From Candidatus Omnitrophota bacterium (GTDB lineage Bacteria; Omnitrophota; Gorgyraeia; Tantalellales; Tantalellaceae), in the NCBI GenBank assembly GCA_028715965.1, contig JAQUQS010000004.1, positions 61,963 to 125,962 of the forward strand: a DNA stretch of 64,000 bases, given 5' to 3'. The notes beneath the pieces were generated by a model, which was not told the origin of the DNA, searched no databases, and saw nothing but the letters and a program-made list of their open reading frames with translations. Within the stretch, counting starts at the first letter, position 1, and every line of letters begins with the position of its first letter. Both the position numbers and the translations under genes were made by a program. Shown piece after piece: positions 10,301 to 19,000 of the stretch.

Positions 10301-12675
10301 CCGGGGGGATAATCGAGTCATACGGGGATATAGTGATAGACGGTGTAGGGGATATGGATTTGGGCGCCATTACGATAAATGACGGGAGCGATATAATAAT
10401 CGGGTCTTCCAGAAAGCCGAGCTCCGTTACGTTGAACGGGGTGATAACGGGTATCAACGACCCATATCTGGAGATATGTACCAGCGGGAACATATTGCAG
10501 AACGCGGATATCGGAGCGGAAGGCCTGGCGTTCGGTTCCGTTAGGTTCTATATGGATGATGATATGGCCAATGGATACGGCGGATTTATCGCCAATAGCG
10601 GGACTATCTACGCGGATAATGTCGTTCTAGAGGCCCCGGGAGATATGGAATTGGGCGGTATAAGTGTATATGGCGGCGATCTATGGACTTACGGAGATCA
10701 TATTCCCAGCAGCCTTACTTTGACGGGTGATGTAAGTGTCGGGTACGGGGATATATATATAAGCACCCTGGGAAGCTATGACCAGTCCTCATCAGTGGTT
10801 TCCACGACGGGTTCGGGATCGATAAGCATTACGTCCACTGGGACGTCGTATCTTAACGATATTAACGGGGCTGAAGGGATACTTCTTCTGGCCAACAGCG
10901 GCCAAAGCGCGGTTTATAACGCGTCGGATTCGATGTTCAACATTACCGGCGGTATCGGGATATCAAGTAACGTAACTCTTAACGGCCAATCATCGGATAT
11001 CAGGCTCTCGGGAGCTTGGACCAATAGTGGCATATTTAACGCGGGTACATCCATTGTTACTTTCAATGGGGCCGGTACAGGGGCCATTTACGGGTCGAAC
11101 ACTTTTTATGATCTCAAGTGCGTTACTCCAGGCAAGACGTTGAGGTTCGCGGCGGGACGAACCCAGGTAGTATCGGGGGCATTGACGCTTGGCGGGACAG
11201 AAGCTAATAAGGTGATCCTTTCCAGTACTTCCGATGGGACCCAATGGCATATAGACGCGAGAGGGAGCATGTCTATAGCTAATGTTTCGGTAAAAGATTC
11301 GTTCAACGATAAAGGTCTCTATATCGACCCGGCCGGTTCTATTGATAGAGGGGGTAATTCGTACTGGTTCACGCCCTCGGTGCCACAGGATGATCCGGTC
11401 GACAATGACAATAATGTGCCGGGAGAAGGTAGCGAGACACTGGATGAAACCGTTTTGTTGGATGAGGCCCCGGGAGACAACGATATAGGGGACCAGGATA
11501 TGGGGGACGTCGTGAACACCGGACAGGAGACGTCGGGAGATGAAACTAGCATCGAGAACGCGGGTGATGATATGGCCGGCGAGACAGGGGGAGAAGAGGA
11601 TGACCCTGAGCCCACGGTCATGGCCGCTTCCACCTCGGTCGAAGATGGAAGTAGTGATGGCGGCACCTCGACCGATGGGTCCACGGATGAGGATAATGAC
11701 GAAAATAGCGGTGGGACAGATGACGGTTCGGATGATATCTCTGATGAGGACGCCGGCGGGACGATCGTGGATGACGGCGAGGACGAAGAGGGGGACAGTG
11801 GCTCAAAGAAGAAAAAGAGCTCCGGGAATGCGCAGAAGTTGAGCGTTTCAGGAGAGGAAGAAGATGATGCTGAGGGCGCGTCGGCCGGGACTGGCGTAGG
11901 TTCCGAAGAAGATAAAGAGAATAAAAAAGAGAAGACGGAGCGAGGTCCGATGGATCGGCAGAACGTTATTGATGCGTTGTCCGCCAGAGGGTTTACATGG
12001 AATCCTTCGACCGGGACATTCGAAAAAGGGTTCCAACCTGGCGAGTATCACACAAAAGTATTCGTGTTCGAGGGAGAGGTCCTGGTGAATACGTTCAAGG
12101 GCGTAGCGCTTGACCCGTCAAATCTCACGATACTTACTAACGGACAACATATCAGTATTGGTGGAGTTTTTGATGGAGAAAAAGAACTGCTTGCCGGGGA
12201 TGATGGCGTAGAAATCCGGGGTCAGTTGCCTGAACTTGGTGGAGAAGACGGTGAACTCTCGGATATAGTCGGGCGTACGGGCAAGATCACCGCTATAAGC
12301 GGAAAAGTCGATATCATAAAGAAAGCGGGGCAAGAGAACGTTTCGGCACAAATAGGCATGACCCTTGAGGAGGGGGATGTATTGGTGACTGATACGGATA
12401 GCGAGGCGACCATTGAGCTTGCCGGTAAAAAGGGCAAAACAGCCGCGGAAGTTGACCTGTCGGAAAATACCCAGATCATGGTCGATGAGCTTAGTCTTGT
12501 CCCAGATAAGGGTACGGAAGATACCTTGCTGGATATTGCCGTGGGGAAGATACTTGTTAAGGTCGAAAGCCTAAAGGACAGTGGGGGGTCCACTTTTGAG
12601 ATCCAGACACCTACCTCCATCGTAGCGGTAAGAGGGACGGTTTTTACGGTGGAAGTAAGCCCATCCAAAGAATAA
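4360..12675 (+). CDS. two-partner secretion exoprotein TpsA-1 (2771 aa): signal peptide, TPS/haemagglutination-activity domain, GLUG-type repeats, DYDxDGxG repeats, acidic D/E-rich linker, FecR-like C-terminal domain
   Basis: N-terminus (signal peptide; ..ILNYSSFDLAEGESVIINLPG..ILNRVIGAGASNIAGAISCNGLFILVNTSGIY..) matches the FhaB/ShlA-type TPS domain. Central region has reiterated GGLIGYN..SYATGDV blocks (GLUG motif). C-terminus ..VAVRGTVFTVEV fits the FecR domain pattern. A cognate TpsB gene lies downstream. Confidence 0.85.
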   Translation: MKMTGLLKRTVSVLVVFSFLNAQVAYSLPQDVEVVEGAADVNIEGATMTINADAGTILNYSSFDLAEGESVIINLPGIDADILNRVIGAGASNIAGAISCNGLFILVNTSGIYLASTANIDVGSLVLSTRDITNSDFVNGKYFFQKISEEALDTLLKNAGTINVREGGFGVLIAGAIENSGMIVAPMGRIHLAAGDAVTLALSSDGLISVAIDEKVASTIHDMDGNPITDQITNTGSIIADGGVVAISAESLTDIFRNAINLDGIVQADTMSSTAGEISITSSSDITLGGGISAVGGMIGVISEEGSIRAEETSEMTAQDVYVEAQRDISLEGTIETMEGGLVDLHALNGSMYSHGSIIAPEGEINVCAAYDLDLGGFYKASRMVFDPEEVNITSDWTGSGDTTFWATGNINVQANMTLEEGSFYFYADSTDASGTYDDGSGTFTQSSSSTITADYDISIDGSGSVSVGGIVSTSGSLYVGNVTGDHTNSYVAVVSDLNVAEDISLSSSGGIGVYTGNTLQANNMDINADMDGNGTGSFSMFSGTALTLTGGDLSISAGENSTLEDISGVDLFTIGSTTAAGISFTCDAANTFSVDTFKTLGDGSTTFVRAVGDGTSIPRMVYDITQLQAMQDNLSWDYQLANNIDASATAGWNSGEGFVPVGDDVSKFTGTFDGGGKVVSGLFVDTTQSYTGLFGYVSGATLSDVGLEDISITATVSTGYAYVGGLSGYAQDTLVTNVYTTGSVDAIRPGGVAFGGGLIGCNEASALGQEANITSSYSLADVSVNAHSGYAGGLIAQNSANGGGSADIADCYATGSVSMTASSFYAMAGGLVGQNVAYAFEGGPSLPCANITGSYATGEVQASSGGTGDVCAGGLIGYNTTTEDNALITDSYATGNATASGGTSTYAGGLIAYNDAISNGDATITRSYATGDASATGAGTTYAGGLVGYMDAAIMSTADAVDSFALGTATATGGSTNYVGGLGGYIDIDRDVSTSRWYNASNTDGVGSLADGDTLKEIAEYFTDGSSEIYTNWDFTVDGTGAGSGTWIMAGLPHLQMEWTDTITTLEELQMILLDYDVSYTLANDIDAAATTGWNWNSTRGVYEGFKPLTLFSATFDGSGYEISGLNIDRTDTNIGMFGVVFASTIQDLSLSSASITHSDAVSSYNLGGVAGLAYSAYLNDISFSGTVSGSTSSGDAFIGGLTGYMNAGGVSGISTAGTVTGASSLGKCYVGGVIGQLYTSAAGTIEVTLSDSSADVSADSVGGYNFVGGLIGSIELADFNLGSVCNVTDSYATGDVSGNTTFTHVLAGGLIGRLYIAYNADVNVEDCYATGDVSATGTQQARAGGLMGQFSSNGAESYVTMNNCYATGDVTAVAGLTDEYPAMAGGLIGLVRADADGTTIINNSFATGTASATGARPRECGLVGWDAGGEYNDCLWFNSTNIQGMYFETPDSYDGTALKAASLPDLFDADSDLFSTWDLTADGTGGQWVIQSRAAPPDFYREYNVWTGGGTTNNWSDAANWSALAAPSIFSKVLLSSVSTKSVTWDSDITVAKMHIDASYTGQLTQGDGYELTATDVYYQGGGTVRTSGTDLSVEGGTFVQDGGSITLASGGDIYLDSAGYMELYDVSCGDESTIYLGSREAPSSVVVTGTISTLYPGGSQSGLEIYSDGGISVEGAVGGSTYYFDSIHLYLDHDDNSALSNIHGSFYADLVYVLAQNNIVVDGTLANDAGALYVGQPGYTPDSITQDGRVRAATYVGMYANVDINMYDELSSNASMWIMADYDDNGSGAFRQVSGSIVSYGDLSIDGSGEMVLGYVYLGDSADMTIGEYRTPDIVTIDIGVGGAAGGGDISIYSNGDINLGGDIGSGSTVFNNVRFYPDYDSNAGMSTVGGNVYADYFYIETDSPLSLTETNVYGGGLYVGALGRAPISVSTLEPLYGFYDIDIYSDGDILIGDDIYGYEVELFADYDGNGTGSFTQTGGIIESYGDIVIDGVGDMDLGAITINDGSDIIIGSSRKPSSVTLNGVITGINDPYLEICTSGNILQNADIGAEGLAFGSVRFYMDDDMANGYGGFIANSGTIYADNVVLEAPGDMELGGISVYGGDLWTYGDHIPSSLTLTGDVSVGYGDIYISTLGSYDQSSSVVSTTGSGSISITSTGTSYLNDINGAEGILLLANSGQSAVYNASDSMFNITGGIGISSNVTLNGQSSDIRLSGAWTNSGIFNAGTSIVTFNGAGTGAIYGSNTFYDLKCVTPGKTLRFAAGRTQVVSGALTLGGTEANKVILSSTSDGTQWHIDARGSMSIANVSVKDSFNDKGLYIDPAGSIDRGGNSYWFTPSVPQDDPVDNDNNVPGEGSETLDETVLLDEAPGDNDIGDQDMGDVVNTGQETSGDETSIENAGDDMAGETGGEEDDPEPTVMAASTSVEDGSSDGGTSTDGSTDEDNDENSGGTDDGSDDISDEDAGGTIVDDGEDEEGDSGSKKKKSSGNAQKLSVSGEEEDDAEGASAGTGVGSEEDKENKKEKTERGPMDRQNVIDALSARGFTWNPSTGTFEKGFQPGEYHTKVFVFEGEVLVNTFKGVALDPSNLTILTNGQHISIGGVFDGEKELLAGDDGVEIRGQLPELGGEDGELSDIVGRTGKITAISGKVDIIKKAGQENVSAQIGMTLEEGDVLVTDTDSEATIELAGKKGKTAAEVDLSENTQIMVDELSLVPDKGTEDTLLDIAVGKILVKVESLKDSGGSTFEIQTPTSIVAVRGTVFTVEVSPSKE

Positions 12676-12750
12676 CAGCCTCATAATATGTTATAAAATA
12701 AGCACTTAAAAAGTTAATCACAACTTAATCACAAAATAATGGGTTCTTGT

Positions 12751-12778
12751 TTGTATCGTATTAATAGTATGATATACT
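12751..12778 (+). promoter_or_regulatory. sigma70-like promoter TTGTAT-N16-TATACT for the tpsA-2 leader
   Basis: Same architecture as the promoter at 4094-4121; sequence diverges upstream of it and becomes identical downstream. Confidence 0.4.
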
Positions 12779-12819
12779 TAAATTGATACTAAAACCGGTT
12801 CTTTTAAATGGATTTTTTG

Positions 12820-12953
12820 AAAAAGGCAACCTCCGTGAAAGCGGAAGGGCGCAAAGCTATAAGAGCCTAAGACCTCAAGGGGTTACGGTAGTCAGCTGCC
12901 AAAGAGAGAAGGTATACATTGACCCATGGCTATTATAGTCATGGGTTTTTTTA
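12820..12953 (+). ncRNA. second copy of the candidate c-di-GMP-I (GEMM) riboswitch plus intrinsic terminator, in the tpsA-2 5' UTR
   Basis: Nucleotide-identical to 4163-4297 (aptamer about 12820-12900; hairpin 12924-12946; U-tract 12947-12953). Confidence 0.5.
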
Positions 12954-13015
12954 TCCCCCGTAGCCAGATAGGATATGAGTAGATAGGCGTAGGAGGATTA
13001 TTTAGGGGCAAAGAG

Positions 13016-16000
13016 ATGAAGATGACGGGACTGCTGAAGAGAACGGTGAGCGTACTTGTGGTGTTCAGTTTTTTGAACGCTCAGGTGGCGTATTCTCTCC
13101 CACAGGACGTTGAGGTGGTGGAAGGCGCGGCGGATGTTAACATAGAAGGCGCGACGATGACGATAAACGCCGACGCCGGCACTATCCTGAATTATTCCTC
13201 GTTCGACCTTGCCGAGGGGGAGTCAGTGATAATAAACCTGCCGGGGATAGACGCGGATATACTTAACCGTGTTATCGGCGCCGGCGCGTCGAACATAGCG
13301 GGGGCCATCTCATGTAACGGGCTTTTCATACTCGTGAACACTAGCGGTATATATCTCGCGTCGACGGCGAATATCGACGTTGGCAGTCTGGTGCTTTCCA
13401 CGCGGGATATCACTAACTCTGATTTTGTTAACGGGAAGTATTTCTTCCAGAAGATCTCGGAGGAAGCGCTGGATACGCTCCTTAAGAACGCGGGCACGAT
13501 AAACGTGCGTGAAGGCGGGTTCGGCGTCCTTATAGCGGGAGCGATAGAGAACTCGGGTATGATCGTGGCGCCTATGGGGCGTATACACCTGGCCGCGGGA
13601 GACGCGGTGACACTCGCGCTTTCGAGTGACGGGCTTATAAGTGTCGCGATAGACGAGAAGGTGGCGTCGACGATACATGATATGGACGGGAACCCGATAA
13701 CCGACCAGATAACGAATACCGGTTCGATCATAGCCGACGGCGGGGTAGTGGCTATAAGCGCCGAGTCGCTCACGGACATATTCAGGAACGCTATAAATCT
13801 TGATGGTATAGTGCAGGCGGATACGATGAGTTCTACTGCTGGCGAGATAAGTATAACCTCCTCGAGTGATATAACCCTCGGGGGTGGGATATCAGCCGTA
13901 GGGGGCATGATAGGAGTGATCTCGGAGGAAGGGTCGATAAGAGCCGAGGAGACATCGGAGATGACGGCGCAGGACGTATACGTGGAGGCCCAGAGGGACA
14001 TATCTCTTGAGGGAACGATAGAGACGATGGAAGGTGGGCTTGTCGATCTCCACGCCCTTAACGGGTCGATGTACTCACATGGTTCCATAATAGCGCCTGA
14101 GGGGGAGATAAATGTGTGCGCGGCGTATGACCTTGACCTCGGGGGGTTCTACAAGGCGAGCCGCATGGTGTTCGACCCTGAGGAAGTGAACATAACGAGC
14201 GACTGGACGGGATCAGGGGATACGACGTTCTGGGCGACGGGGAACATAAATGTGCAGGCTAACATGACGCTGGAGGAAGGTAGCTTTTATTTCTATGCCG
14301 ATTCCACCGATGCCAGCGGCACATATGACGACGGTTCGGGTACGTTCACGCAAAGCTCCAGCTCAACTATAACCGCTGATTATGATATATCCATAGACGG
14401 CTCCGGGAGCGTATCGGTGGGCGGTGTTGTCTCCAATATGGGAAGCATACATATCGGACAAGTCACAGGCAACCATGATGTGTCGTATATAGGCATGCTT
14501 GGCTCATTGTATGCGAGTAATGAGGTAACGCTTTATTCCGATGGTGATATACACCAAGGTGGGGACATGACAGGTGAGGTCATATATCTGTATCCAGATC
14601 ATGACTCCGATGGCAGCGGCCAGTTCCAGACAAGTTTATCGTATGTCATCAATGGGATGGATCTCTACCTTGACCAGAGCACGGACATAGACATAAGTAA
14701 TTTTAACGCGAATGTGGAATATTTTTATATCGGTAACAACGGGATCACGCCCAGTTCCGTTACGATCGGTGGCGAGAATCATGTGTATGGGACACTCGAC
14801 ATTACTTCCAACGGTGATATCGTCCAGAATGGGACGATCTATTCTGAGGCCGGATACGGGCTTTACCTGCAACCCGATTATGATAACGACGGGAACGGCC
14901 AGTTTATACAAAATTCAGGAAGCATTTGTAACTTTTATGAGATGAGCCTGTATCAGGGTACCAATATCACGCTTGATTATTACATGGACACCTACAATGT
15001 TTACGGGATCAACATATATGGCGAAGGTGAGGTTAACCTCAATGGCGGCATATATGCGACAAGCGATTTGTACGTGTACGCAAATGACGGTATTTCTTTG
15101 GGCGGTCCGCTACATTTCGATTATTACCTTGAGCTAAACGCCGATTATGACAACGATGGGTACGGCAGCTTGGTCGCGAACGGGAACAGCATATCCCCAG
15201 TAAGTTATTTTGATACGGCTAACATAACTACTGCAGGCGATCTTAACGTATCTGACATCGAAAGCCTGTTTTCCGGCGATGTTCCGGCAACTTCTTTGAC
15301 TTTGCGTTCGACCGCAGGCAATATCACACTCGACCAGTATTATGATCCCGAGTTCTTATATTCGCTGCAACTTATAGCGGCTGATGATATCAACTTGAAT
15401 GAGTGGATAGCGTTATCATACGGCAATGTTGGCCTGATCGCCGATTATGACGGAGACGGAGACGGTAATTTCAATTTCTCATCGGCAGGGATAAGCGCGG
15501 GCTCCGTTACTTTCAGTAAGAACAGTGATTTCAGTATCACATCGGATCTTATCTCCGACATAGACGCCAGCAATATCACATTCACGGCCGGCGGGGATTC
15601 CGACCTCTCGGTTGATGCCAGCCTATCATGCAGCGGGGCATTAAATCTACAGGCGGATGGGGATATTTCCATTAATTATGGGGTCAGCACAGGGACCACA
15701 TTTTCGGTCGTTGCCGATTACGACACGGATAATTCCGGGAACGTTATCTGGTATAGCGGGGTGTCCGCGAGTATGGGGACAGGAGGGACGCTGAGATACC
15801 AGCAAGCCGATAGTTTCGCGTATTCGGATGTAACAAGCCGTGTTTATGGACAAACGACAGGAGGGGTCACGTTGAGGTCTACGAACGGTTCGGTGACCGT
15901 GGACCAGGCGATCACGCTCAGGACCGGCATCATCGATCTAAGGGCGGATGAGGACCTGCTTATAAATTCAAATATATCCACCACGAGCTCATCAACTATG

Positions 16001-19000
16001 TATCTTTACGCGGACGCGGAGAACAACGGTTCAGGGGGCTTTATGCAATCGGGGTCGGCTTCTATAACTTCAGGAGGGACCGCCCAGATCGCGCTACGCG
16101 CGGCAGGCACGGGAAGTTTATTGGGCGATATAACGGCCGGCCGGTTATATCTTTACGCGCAGTCAGGTGGCGCCACATATGCGCTCCAGGACGGGTGTAA
16201 TGTGGACCTGAATTATTACACTTCTTCCTATGGTCTTTATGTCGCCAGTAATGCTATATTTAACGGTGGAAATAATACGACCATATCTACGGGAGGAGAC
16301 TGGTGGGTGGACGGCACGTTCAATGGGCAGGGATCTACGGCCATATTGGATGGTACGTATTCCGGCACGAAGGATATACGGATGGACGCGGGCTCATTCA
16401 ATAACCTTACGATAAACGCGAGCGGGACATATTCCCCATATACTTCCACCACGCCTACGGTAGTTGCGGGCGGTGACCTCAGCATCACTGCGGGCATATT
16501 GAGCATGACCACGAACGATCTCGTGGTAGGCGGAGACCTTCTTATCGACGGAGGCGTACTTATCGCCAATGGCGCGGGTGTGGACATTGATGTCGATGGG
16601 GATGTCTTGATCCGCGCGGGGGACTTTTTCGCCCCGACGGGCCTGGACGATGTTTCGTTCACGGTAGGGGGCGGATTTGAAGTATCGGGTGCGGGTGATT
16701 ATTATAACGGCAATGGAAGGGTCGTATTCGATTCATCCGATATAGGGAACGATATCATCCTTACAACCTCCGGGTCCTATTTTTTCAATGACGTAAAGTT
16801 CAGCGGCGGAGGTGAATGGACTCTCACCGGCCTTATGCTGGCCTCCGGTGATCTGTATATGTATGACGGGACGCTCGTCGCCGGAGGACTGATAATAGCC
16901 GCGGATACATTAGCAATGGATGGCGGGAATATCACAAGTGATGGAAATGATGTCGAGATCATCGCTTCGACTTTTACGCAGACAGCGGGGGCGATAACGA
17001 CAACATCAGAAGGGGATGTGAAGATCAGTTCTACCGCTATGCCCGGGGCATTTACTGTCGGGGAGATAAATTCCGATGGTGGTGTTTTCATCGGAGAGAC
17101 CAACGCTCCGGTCACGGTCAGCCAGACATCAGGGACATCAATAACAGCGGTGGGAGATAGAGGCATAGAGATCAGCGCGTCAGGCGATATTACACTGCGG
17201 CAGGTCAATTCCGGAAGTTACGACACGACGATCACGTCAACGGCGGGGTCCATCCTCGACGGGCTTACGGGAGAAAGCGCGAACATAACGGCGGCAGCGG
17301 CTACACTCACGGCGGCTACGGGTATAGGTGTAACTGGAAGCGAGGACCTTGACCTTGACGTGGCGACGCTTGACGCGTCCGTAACGGGTACGGGTGACAT
17401 TTATATATGGGAGGACAGCGCGATAACATTAAGTGATGTTGATACCAGCGCGGGCAAGATAGATATATCATCAGGGGGAACAATGACCGCGACGGATGTC
17501 GTGGCTGGCGATACGGGAGAAGTGTGGCTGACAACGACGAGCGGGAACATACAGGCTGGCGTGATCACGGCTTCCGGGAGCAAGGTAGTTCTCGCAGCCG
17601 CGGGTGCGATAACGGACACGAACGGTGCGAGCGTTAATATAACCGGGAGCACGGTGGACCTTGATGCCGCGACAGGCATAAGTGTGGATACTTCGGTGAA
17701 TAATATCACGGCGGACGTGTCCGGGGTCGGGAATGTCGACATAAGCGAGACAGATGATGTGAACATTAACGGTGTCTCCTCATATGAGGGGGATATCATA
17801 TTGACAAGCGGCGGCGTTATGACCGTTGCCGATGACATATCCGCCACAGGCTTCGGGAATATATCCATGACCGCCGACGGGATGAACCAGACCGGTGGCA
17901 GTATATACGCGCCCGCGGGCGAGATATGGATCGATGGCGCGGGTGATATTGTCCTGGGGGCCATAGAGGCGGCTGGGAATCTGACCATCGGGTCCAATGT
18001 GGCGCCGGATTCCGTGACCTTTAACGAAGATATCCACGCGTATAATAGCATAGACGTTATATCCAACGGGAACATTGACCAGAACGCGGACATATACAGT
18101 GACGGATCGTATGATATCTATCTGCGTCCCGACTATGACGGGGACGGTGCTGGGCAGTATTCGGGCAACGGGCATTCGCTTCTGGTGAACGCGCTTTATA
18201 TCGACCAATCGACCGATATGGTGCTTAACGGGTTTACTCTCCAGAATGGTTATGTGTTAGCCGGCACCCTTAGTGCGCCATCATCAATTACCGTGAACGG
18301 CGATATAAATGGATATTACGCGTTTTACGCGGAAAGTAACGGGAATATCGACGTGAACGCGAATATATACACGCAATATGACCTGTATCTCGACGCGGCC
18401 GGTGATATAAACATAAATTCACTTTTGAGTTCAGGGGACGTGATATCTATAGGGGGATCCATATCGCCATCCTCTGTGACAATAACATCCGCTGGTTCCA
18501 TATATTCGGGGAATACCGTTACAATATCATCCGGCGGTGATCTGGTTTTCGATAACCTGTCAGGGGCGATAGACTCGTATTTCCTGACCGGTAACGCCGG
18601 AAGCGACATAACGGTGGCGAACACCCTCAATATCGGTGTCGGATTATCCCTTGACGCCACGGGCAATATAGATGCCGAGGGCTCGATCGGTGGTATGTCT
18701 GAGACGCTTACCCTTAACGCGGGCGGGTATATTGATATAGCGGGGACCGCTACAGGGATAACCGCTGTAACGATAGACGCTTCGGGTGATGTGACCCTGG
18801 GGGGCATTGACTGCCAGGGAGACCTCGCGATAGGCGGGACGACTTCCCCGGCGAATGTTCACCTTAACGGTAGTAGCACGGTTACGGGTACTAACACGGC
18901 CCAGATCAGTTCGGCCGGGAATGTTGCCTTCAATGGCGATCTTGTCACGATATGTGGTATCACGGTCAGCGCGGTGAATAATGTTACGATAGCTAATAGT

